The notes under the pieces were generated by a model. The model had not been told where the DNA came from. It did not search any database and saw only the letters and a program-made list of their open reading frames with translations. Below, piece after piece: positions 53,210-62,670 of a stretch of DNA of 64,000 bases. The stretch lies in contig DASZYB010000045.1 in assembly GCA_035545575.1 (NCBI GenBank), positions 6,030 through 70,029 of the forward strand, given 5' to 3'. This DNA comes from Opitutaceae bacterium. Lineage in GTDB: Bacteria; Verrucomicrobiota; Verrucomicrobiia; Opitutales; Opitutaceae. Position 1 is the stretch's first letter. Each line of letters starts with the position of its first letter. Made by a program: the position numbers and the translations under genes.

Positions 53210-53311
53210 GCGATTATGTGAACTGAGGCTACATCCACGCGATGCTTCGTCGGTCGTAAATGCCCAGCGCGGGCTGACTCACTAAACATTACTCTCCGCG
53301 CGTCATACCAT
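53210..53311 (-). repeat. RIT right inverted repeat
   Basis: cactaaacattactctccgcgcgtcataccat at 53280-53311 is the exact reverse complement of 47858-47889. gcgattatgtgaa at 53210-53222 is the reverse complement of 47947-47959. Confidence 0.8.
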
Positions 53312-53325
53312 CGTAGCACGCCCGC

Positions 53326-53357
53326 CAAGGTAGTGCTCCTGCGTCGCCTCCACCTTT
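53326..53357 (+). repeat. Copy B of the conserved ~31-nt motif, 15 nt outside the RIT right end
   Basis: caaggtagtgctcctgcgtcgcctccacctt. Upstream context cacgcccgccaagg is shared with copy C (cacgcccggcaagg). Confidence 0.7.
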
Positions 53358-53507
53358 CCGCCGTCAGCTCACCTGTCGCGCGCGCATGAAGGCGCGCGCT
53401 CCGCCGCCGCGGCGTGGCTGGGCGTGCCCGCATGGGCCAACGCGCGGGCGGAGCCCGGCAACCGGACACGGTGTCCGGTCCGGAGATGAAGCTCGTGCGT
53501 CGGCACA

Positions 53508-54242
53508 ATGAATCAGATCTCATTCGAATTGGGCGACGCGGCCAAGGTGGAGTTTGCGATGGCGGTGAGCGAGCGACCGCAGAACCGGCTGGAAAACTTC
53601 GGACCCGCGGCCTTGAGCGATACTGAACTTCTGGCGATGACGCTTCAGGGGAATGGCATCTGCCCCGAGCTGGCATTGCAGCTCGCATCACGGCTGATCG
53701 TTGCCGCAGGTTCGGTGGCAGGCCTGCTTTCTTGGACACCCGACGATTACCGCCGGATGAAAGGCATCGGCCAGCTCAAGGGATCGCAGCTCGCGGCGAC
53801 AGCCGAACTCGCGCGGAGGATGATGCTTCGTTCGCAACCCGTGGCACCACTCCTGAATCGAGCGGACCTGGTCGCGGCGCATCTTGCTCCCACGGCAGCG
53901 GGCCTCGAAGTCGAAAAGTTTTGGGTCCTGTGTTTGAACAGGAAGAACCGGTTGGTGAAGCAGGTCGAAATCACGACCGGGACGGCGACGGCGGCGCTAG
54001 CGCATCCGCGCGAGGTCTACCGCGCCGCGATCCGTAATTCCGCCGCAGCAATCATCTGCGCCCACAATCATCCGAGCGGTGATCCGTCACCGAGCGCGCC
54101 GGACGTGCAGGTCACGCGCCAGCTCCGTGAAGCGGCGAAGACCATCGACATCGAACTCCTCGATCACGTGATCGTCGGCCGCAGCGATGCCGATCCGCAG
54201 GGCCTGGGCTACTTCAGCTTCCGCGAGGCGGGGATGCTGTGA
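53508..54242 (+). CDS. radC: RadC-family JAB/MPN domain protein
   Basis: The N-terminal HhH region is LSDTELLAMTLQGNG...MKGIGQLKGSQLAATAELARR. The JAMM motif CAHNHPSGDPSPSAPDVQVT is intact. Confidence 0.9.
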   Translation: MNQISFELGDAAKVEFAMAVSERPQNRLENFGPAALSDTELLAMTLQGNGICPELALQLASRLIVAAGSVAGLLSWTPDDYRRMKGIGQLKGSQLAATAELARRMMLRSQPVAPLLNRADLVAAHLAPTAAGLEVEKFWVLCLNRKNRLVKQVEITTGTATAALAHPREVYRAAIRNSAAAIICAHNHPSGDPSPSAPDVQVTRQLREAAKTIDIELLDHVIVGRSDADPQGLGYFSFREAGML

Positions 54243-54261
54243 TCTTACCGCACCAGCTCCG

Positions 54262-55266
54262 CTAAAGGTAAACTGCCCTAAGCCACGCCTTGCCGAGAAT
54301 ATCCAAAGGGCGACCAGTGCTGACCATTTCCCGCAGCTGTTTACCAGTGACAGGCACGATTAAGGCATCCTCCCGAGAACCTCGCAGCATTTCTTTTCTG
54401 ATCGTATCGGTAAACCCGTTCCACGACACCAAAAAGCCGAGTGAGCAACGGCCTTTGCGGTTCAAGATTTTCTCTCGAAATGTGACGAAATCGTCTTTTC
54501 CGCATTTGCCTGTCCAGTTCTTACATTCGACGAGAAACAGCACCGACTCGCGCTTGAACCGTACATCGTCGCAATCATTCAGGACTGTGAGATCAATTTC
54601 TTCGGTTTCCGTTCTCACTCGATCCGTTACGGTCAAACCGCGAATCGATCCGAACAGTCTCGCGACCAATTCCTCTAGCGAGCGCCCTTTTTCATCTGTC
54701 GTTTTCGCATTTTGGACAGCTCTAGAAAGCTTGTTGAGGGAGATTGTCCCCAATCCCGAAATGCGTTGCCCGATTTCCGTGGCCAGCGCGCCGGCCTTTA
54801 ATGACGCCTCTTCAGCTGGCTCTTCAAGCTCTGCGATTCGCGACTTCACGATCTCGAATGCTTCACCAAGATTCCGAGGCAATTCATGAAGTTCGAAAAT
54901 GAGATTGATGACGCTCGAATCTTCCTCGTCCCAATCCAAAAGCTCCACGTCTCGATGCGATCGCTGGCGCGTTTCAATACTTCGTCGAACCAGGTCCAAG
55001 TAGTGGGTCATCCCAAGCGGCTTCTCCCAATATTTGCGAAACGAGCTATAGTCGCAGTGCGCTGCAAGGTCTTTTCCCAGCCTGAAGAAGTGACCGTCCC
55101 ACACGACCCTCGCCACGTTCCCGATCGTTTCACCTACTCCGATGAGTGCCCCTTTAGGAATATCATCGCAGTTTAGGTGGCGTAACGCCTCCTCCGGCAC
55201 ATGAGTGGGCTCTTCGAACTCATCTTCACCTGAGGGCAACAACTTCAAGGCTTCAGCTCTCGTCAT
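54262..55266 (-). CDS. Restriction-endonuclease-fold (Mrr_cat-like) protein with an unrecognised N-terminal domain
   Basis: GRSLEELVARLFGSIRGLTVTDRVRTETEEIDLTVLND...SVLFLVECKNWTGKCGKDDFVTF is the Mrr_cat D...ExK pattern. The region is visibly A/T-richer than its neighbours. Confidence 0.7.
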   Translation of the reverse strand: MTRAEALKLLPSGEDEFEEPTHVPEEALRHLNCDDIPKGALIGVGETIGNVARVVWDGHFFRLGKDLAAHCDYSSFRKYWEKPLGMTHYLDLVRRSIETRQRSHRDVELLDWDEEDSSVINLIFELHELPRNLGEAFEIVKSRIAELEEPAEEASLKAGALATEIGQRISGLGTISLNKLSRAVQNAKTTDEKGRSLEELVARLFGSIRGLTVTDRVRTETEEIDLTVLNDCDDVRFKRESVLFLVECKNWTGKCGKDDFVTFREKILNRKGRCSLGFLVSWNGFTDTIRKEMLRGSREDALIVPVTGKQLREMVSTGRPLDILGKAWLRAVYL

Positions 55267-55363
55267 AGCGTGTCGGCAGCAATCATAAGCTGCGGCAAAA
55301 TCTGATGTCGAGGGACTGATTAAGAACGCCTGCCCGCTGGTTCTCCCAGCCTACCACGCCCGG

Positions 55364-55390
55364 CAAGGTAGTGCGCTGCGCGCCTCCACC
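55364..55390 (+). repeat. Copy C (diverged) of the conserved motif, upstream of the second RadC-like gene
   Basis: caaggtagtgcgctgcgcgcctccacc shares both flanks of the motif, with a middle that is 2 nt shorter. Confidence 0.5.
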
Positions 55391-55503
55391 GCGGCCGGCA
55401 AGCCGGCCTTTGCCTGGGCGTGCTGACGGACTGGGAGAGCGGGCTGTCGACGACATCCCGGCACGACGCCGGAGCGGAGATGCCGCCCGCGACCTCGCCC
55501 GTT

Positions 55504-55944
55504 ATGCAAATCAACGAAGCGCGTTTGAACTTCCAACTCGTCCACTTCGACGCCGACGAACGGCTCGTCAACACGCAGCAATTGCTCCGCTACCTCACCG
55601 CCGGCCTGCCCGAAGAAATGCCGGAAAGTTTCTGGATCGTGGCGATGAATCCAAATCGCCGGCCGATTTGCCGGATGCAAATCAAGACCGGAGTGCTGGT
55701 GGCCTGCCAATGCCTCGTGCCGGACGTGTTCCTCGCATTGCTGCTAGCCGAAGCGAAATCATTCGCCTGCCTGCGGACGCAGATCGACGGGCCCGTACGG
55801 CCAAGTCTGGCCGATGGACGCCTCCTCTGGAGCCTCAAGGAAACCGCCAGACTGATGAACATCGAATTCGTGGATTACTTCATCGCCCGCTTGGGCGGTG
55901 CGGGTCACTATTCGTGGCGCGAAACTGATCGGCACGCGGCATAG
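55504..55944 (+). CDS. RadC-like JAB-fold paralogue with a degenerate active site (start uncertain; ORF opens at 55420)
   Basis: FWIVAMNPNRRPICRMQIKTG...ACLRTQIDGPVRPSLADGRLLWSLKETARLMNIEFVDYFI aligns by eye to the RadC core. The HNHPSG...PS..D motif is replaced by RTQIDG...PSLAD. Confidence 0.55.
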   Translation: MQINEARLNFQLVHFDADERLVNTQQLLRYLTAGLPEEMPESFWIVAMNPNRRPICRMQIKTGVLVACQCLVPDVFLALLLAEAKSFACLRTQIDGPVRPSLADGRLLWSLKETARLMNIEFVDYFIARLGGAGHYSWRETDRHAA

Positions 55945-56047
55945 CTGTCCGCTGTCCCATGCCAGCTTCAACTTTGTGCGAGCACAACTGGCCACGCCCC
56001 TCGCCGCTGAGTTTGCGTAAGCTTGCGAACCAGCTAAACAGTCCGGG

Positions 56048-56716
56048 CTATGGCAGCAAGGCGACCATTTTCGGACCGAGCCGGTGAGCTTGCCCGAGAA
56101 CAAGGTCGTGGACCGGCACAGTGACTTCCGTTCCCCCGACATTGATGAAGCCGAAAATATCCTGTTTGCCGCCGAGAACGAGCACCGCCTTTCCGCCCGT
56201 CATCGTCTTTACTCGACCGATCCGATCCCCACACGCGTTTATCACGACCGCGCCTTCGTATTGCTGTCGTGTATATTGGTCGGGCTTTACGGTCAATTCA
56301 CCTCGACCGGTCGGTGATTCCGCAGCGATGGCACCAAGTGCCTCCTGGACGGCTTTGACCGCTACGGTGTGCTGGTGATTTTGAATCGCATTCCGAGCGC
56401 TTTCGATTGCGCCAAGCGGTGTCGCGAACAGCGGATCGGCGGCAAAGTTGCCGACGCGGGCAACGCGACGGGCTCCGTCCAGGGCGCGGGCCAAGTCGGT
56501 TTGGTTTCCATTCTGCAGCGCCGATTTTGCGAGCTGGAGATCCTGCTGTACGCCCTGCTGCAGTGCGCGAACGGTGTCAGTCGCGGCTAATCCACTCTGG
56601 CCGCGCTCGATCGGCTGAGCCGTCCGGTAACTCCAAAGGGCCGCCATGCCCCAGAAGGCCAGAACACCCATCACCAGCATTCCGATGAGCGCAGTGATCA
56701 GTTTTGTCGGGTTCAT
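56048..56716 (-). CDS. Membrane-anchored protein with C-terminal PRC-barrel-like domain
   Basis: N-terminal TM helix LITALIGMLVMGVLAFWGMAAL and a helical middle. The C-terminus is YEGAVVINACGDRIGRVKTMTGGKAVLVLGG...VTVPVHDLV. Confidence 0.5.
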   Translation of the reverse strand: MNPTKLITALIGMLVMGVLAFWGMAALWSYRTAQPIERGQSGLAATDTVRALQQGVQQDLQLAKSALQNGNQTDLARALDGARRVARVGNFAADPLFATPLGAIESARNAIQNHQHTVAVKAVQEALGAIAAESPTGRGELTVKPDQYTRQQYEGAVVINACGDRIGRVKTMTGGKAVLVLGGKQDIFGFINVGGTEVTVPVHDLVLGQAHRLGPKMVALLP

Positions 56717-56722
56717 GCGCGT

Positions 56723-57421
56723 TCAGGACATGCCGTGTTTCCAGCCGATCTTCACCAGTATCCAATTCATTGGGTAAGTTACGACAAACCCGACGAGCAG
56801 ACCGAGCGAACCGAATCCCCAAAATGCAAACGTCATTGGATTGGGTTGTTCGCCGACGACGAGCGGTGTCACAAACGCCATCACCGCGCCCATGCCGGCC
56901 ATGACAGTCATCATGGAGAAGAACTCCGCGCGGCCCCCCATCCAGAGCGCTTTGGGGACGCTGTCGGTCATTGATGACATGGCCTTATACTGAAAGATGA
57001 ACCAACCAAACGCGAAACCCACTGCGTACTCGAACCAGAACTCCTGCCAGAAACTGAGGCCGATCAAGCGGGAGATCACCATTGCGGTCATAATCCCGAG
57101 TCCGTCGCCACCAACGCAGTGAATAACAGAGCCGGTCACCTTCTTGAACATGCTATCCACGTACCGGTGATGCAGCTGCTTTTGCTCTTCTCCCGCCTTT
57201 TCTCCCACGTGAGGCGGCCGGCACGTCCACAGGTACAGCCCGATACCGATGATCGAGAAGAATAGGATGATGATGGGCCAGGCCCACTTCAGAGCGGGAT
57301 TGACATTCACGTTAACGCGATACGCATCGAGCGCCACCCATACGGCTCCGCCCAGCCCGATTACGTACCACGAGATCACGAACCAAGGTTGAGCGAGAAT
57401 GCTAACGAATGATAGGTTCAT
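56723..57421 (-). CDS. DUF4396 domain-containing membrane protein
   Basis: ATG at 57421. IILFFSIIGIGLYLWTCRPP...VIHCVGGDGLGIMTAMVISRLIG...FGWFIFQY matches my recollection of DUF4396. Confidence 0.6.
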   Translation of the reverse strand: MNLSFVSILAQPWFVISWYVIGLGGAVWVALDAYRVNVNVNPALKWAWPIIILFFSIIGIGLYLWTCRPPHVGEKAGEEQKQLHHRYVDSMFKKVTGSVIHCVGGDGLGIMTAMVISRLIGLSFWQEFWFEYAVGFAFGWFIFQYKAMSSMTDSVPKALWMGGRAEFFSMMTVMAGMGAVMAFVTPLVVGEQPNPMTFAFWGFGSLGLLVGFVVTYPMNWILVKIGWKHGMS

Positions 57422-57662
57422 GACGTGGCGGCCTCTTGGCAGTCTGTACCGATAGCAGAGCCAACCGACCAAACTCGATCACGTGAGTTCGCGCGAAACG
57501 GCGTGTCGAAAGAATCCTGACCAAAATGTCAGAGACGCCCGGTTTGCATCGGTGGCTCATCCGCTCCCCGGTCGCTAATTTCGAAAACCACCGAGGAACA
57601 AAACCGGAACTTTTGTCATTCCGCGCGTTTGATGCGGTGACGAATGGCACCCCGCCGACGAA

Positions 57663-58068
57663 TCACGATGGAGGGATTAAATTGTGGCATGCCTCCTCCA
57701 TGATCGCGATTAGCTCCGTACGGACTTCTGCCGCGATCTGTTCGGCGCCTTTTTGGGCCGGCGCAAAGAGGGCCAGCAGCGCGCTTGGATCGATCGTGGT
57801 TAGCACCGTTTCGTCGCCCTCGGAATACGCGCTGATCCGGCACGGCAATGCGGCGGAGACGCCGATGTCAGCGCTGAGAATGCGTTGCGCCTGCTGAGGA
57901 TTGCAGACCTCGAACACCGAGCATGCCCGATCGAAGGGGACCCCCTTGCTGTTCATCTTTTCTTTCAAATCATGCACGCCGAGGACACCGAACTTGTGCT
58001 GGGCGGCGATGGTCGGCAGTCGCGCACAAACGTCCTGAAATGCCGCTTTGAAGTCCGAGTGATGGTAG
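57663..58068 (-). pseudogene. DUF302 domain protein, apparently frameshifted in a poly-A run right after the ATG
   Basis: The DUF302-like frame (..KLYHHSDFKAAFQDVCARLPTIAAQHKFGVLGVHDLKEKMNSKGVPFDRACSVFEVCNP...) is open from a stop near 58100. It has no ATG/GTG/TTG before the GTG at 57977. An ATG at 58068 (atgaaaaactc) is out of frame by one base. One extra A would give MKKLYHH.... Confidence 0.55.
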
Positions 58069-58190
58069 AGTTTTTCATCGCTTAATTGGGTTGATTGTCA
58101 CGTGGGCGAACGTGAGCTATGTCGAGATGCCTCCGAAAGAGAGGCCTGCCACCCTGATTGCCCGGGTGCCACACCGTTGTGAACCGTCGG

Positions 58191-60572
<2,382 letters not shown>

Positions 60573-60601
60573 ACCCGGCTGACGGAGCTAGGCCGAAACT
60601 C

Positions 60602-61219
60602 TTACACTTTTTCTTTGCGTACCGGTCGCTTCGTTTGGTCGCAAGCGCAAGCGAGGCAATGTTCTTTGCTGCAAGCGCCACAAAAGACTTCGAGCCGGCG
60701 GCGCAAGGCCGCTCGGGCTCGGTGCAACGTCACATTCAACGTCGCCGCCGACATTTTCAGGTCACGGGCGACCATGACTTTCAATTCACCATTGAGGTCA
60801 ATCCGCCTCAGAATTTCGGCATATCGCGGCTTGATCGAAGGCAACAAGCCTTCGAAGCACGAGCAGACGGCCCGCTCCCAATCGCGCGGTGCGTGGTCTC
60901 CCGCGGAATCTAGTTCAGGCGAAAGACGGTCTACCTTCCGGGCGTCCGCGGCTTGATGGCGAAAATGGTCCGCGATGGCATGCCGCAAAATGCGGTAGAA
61001 CCACGGCACGACCCGCTCGCCACGCCGCAGGCTTTCTCCGCGTTGCAGGGCGCGCAGCAGGCTTTCCTGGAGGAGATCATCCGCGGTCGATTCACTCCCC
61101 ACTCGGCGCGACAGAAAGCGGTGGAACGCGGCGCGCTCCGCGACGAGTGCGTGAATCGCCGCGTCTGAAAGAGCCGCTGCCTGTCGTTGGACCGAAATCT
61201 TCAAGTCACATGGACGCAA
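60602..61219 (-). CDS. ECF sigma factor with a C-terminal Cys-rich extension (CorE-like)
   Basis: Region 2 is DDLLQESLLRALQRGE...VVPWFYRILRHAIADHFR. Region 4 is YAEILRRIDLNGELKVMVARDLKMSAATLNVTLHRARAALRRRL. The tail is VFCGACSKEHCLACACD. Confidence 0.8.
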   Translation of the reverse strand: MRPCDLKISVQRQAAALSDAAIHALVAERAAFHRFLSRRVGSESTADDLLQESLLRALQRGESLRRGERVVPWFYRILRHAIADHFRHQAADARKVDRLSPELDSAGDHAPRDWERAVCSCFEGLLPSIKPRYAEILRRIDLNGELKVMVARDLKMSAATLNVTLHRARAALRRRLEVFCGACSKEHCLACACDQTKRPVRKEKV

Positions 61220-62654
61220 CCCTCACGCGTGCGTTGACCGCGCCGGGGGTGACGGACGTTGCTGATCCGTTTCCACACAGCTCGATCTTTTGGCCGCGCG
61301 CCTCCAGTTGCGCGGTCTTGGCCGCGAGCGCGATCCCATCGCGCGTCAACTCGTCGTCGCTCGCGGGAAGGGCCAGCGTCCCGGGCGGCGATTTGAACCA
61401 GCCCGGATCGGAGCCGTCAGCCGGAAGCTCTTCTCGCACCTTCACGATCGTGAACATTCCACCCATCGTGACATAGTCATACTGACCGTGTCCGCCCACC
61501 ATCGGCAGCGAGTTTGACGGCACGGGCATCCCCATGTCGCCCATATCGCCCATGCCGGTTTGCCCCATCGCCATATAGCCCGGGACGAGCTTGTGAATCT
61601 CCTGCTTCACTCCCTCCGTATCCATGCCGATCACGTTCCCGAAGGTGTGGCCCATCTGCGTCATGACGTGATGCAGCATGTGGCAGTGCATCACCCAGTC
61701 GCCTTCCGTGGCGATGAACTCGATCGTCCGTGTGCTGCCGGTGGGCATGATCACGGTTGTTTCCGGCCATTGCGCCGAAGCGGGGATTTCACCGCCGTCC
61801 GTTTCCACCACTTTGAAATTATGGCCGTGGAGGTGGATCGCATGGTGGCTCATCGAGCTTAGGTTGCCGAGGCGGATGCGAACCCGCTCACCTGCCTTCG
61901 CGAGCAGCGGCTGCGTGCCGGGAAACGACCTCGCATTCATCGTGAAGACGTTGAAATCGGTCATCTCGTTCGGATCGGGACGCCGGGCGCCGACCTCGAT
62001 TTTCCATTCGCTCAGCATAATCGCGTAGTCGCGATCAGGCGGCGGCCGGTCCGACTGTCGCGGATGAATGATGAAAAGCCCAATCATGCCCAACTGCATC
62101 TGCGTCATTTCGTCGTGATGCGAATGATACATGAACGTGCCGTGCTGCTTGAGCGTGAATTCGTACTTGTAGGTGTCCCCCGGTTGGATCGCCTTCTGCG
62201 AAACACCGCCGACGCCGTCCATACCACTCGGCACCAGCACCCCGTGCCAGTGCACCGTGGTCGGGGCCTCCAGACGATTGGTCACATAGATGCGCACGTG
62301 ATCGCCTTCCACCGCCTCGATCGTCGGGCCGTGCACGCGCCCATTGTAGCCCCAGCAATTGGCCACGAGCGCCGAGTGGCCCTCCAGCGCCGGGATGAAT
62401 TCATGCGTCACCGGTTCGGCAATCAGGTGAAACACCTTCACCCCATCGACGAGTTTCCACGGCAGCGAAATGTTGTTCGGCGTGATGACGGGTTTGTATC
62501 CCAACGGCCCTGCCGGGACGAATGGCCGGGTTGAGCCATCGCTGGTCGGACTCCCGGCCATTTCGCCAGCGCTGACGAGCTTGGCGACCGGAAGCGACAC
62601 GGCGGCGGTGCCGAAGAGAGCAAGAAAGTGGCGGCGGTTAACGGCAGTGGGCAT
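61206..62654 (-). CDS. Multicopper oxidase (CopA/PcoA/CueO-like) with Tat signal and Met-rich insert
   Basis: ATG at 62654. MPTAVNRRHFLALFGTAAVSL is a twin-arginine-type signal. Copper ligand motifs are HWHGVLVP, HSHHDEMTQ, HLHGHNF and HCHMLHHVMTQMG. The Met-rich insert is GYMAMGQTGMGDMGDMGMP. Confidence 0.9.
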   Translation of the reverse strand: MPTAVNRRHFLALFGTAAVSLPVAKLVSAGEMAGSPTSDGSTRPFVPAGPLGYKPVITPNNISLPWKLVDGVKVFHLIAEPVTHEFIPALEGHSALVANCWGYNGRVHGPTIEAVEGDHVRIYVTNRLEAPTTVHWHGVLVPSGMDGVGGVSQKAIQPGDTYKYEFTLKQHGTFMYHSHHDEMTQMQLGMIGLFIIHPRQSDRPPPDRDYAIMLSEWKIEVGARRPDPNEMTDFNVFTMNARSFPGTQPLLAKAGERVRIRLGNLSSMSHHAIHLHGHNFKVVETDGGEIPASAQWPETTVIMPTGSTRTIEFIATEGDWVMHCHMLHHVMTQMGHTFGNVIGMDTEGVKQEIHKLVPGYMAMGQTGMGDMGDMGMPVPSNSLPMVGGHGQYDYVTMGGMFTIVKVREELPADGSDPGWFKSPPGTLALPASDDELTRDGIALAAKTAQLEARGQKIELCGNGSATSVTPGAVNARVRVASM

Positions 62655-62670
62655 GGATTGTTTCCTATGG

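Larger units (their letters stand above)
47858..53311. mobile_element. Recombinase-in-trio (RIT) element with passenger genes
   Basis: 32-nt perfect terminal inverted repeats at 47858-47889 and 53280-53311. A second 13-nt inverted repeat lies exactly 89 nt inside each end. Three overlapping tyrosine-recombinase genes sit at the right end, plus about 2 kb of mer-like cargo. Confidence 0.8.
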
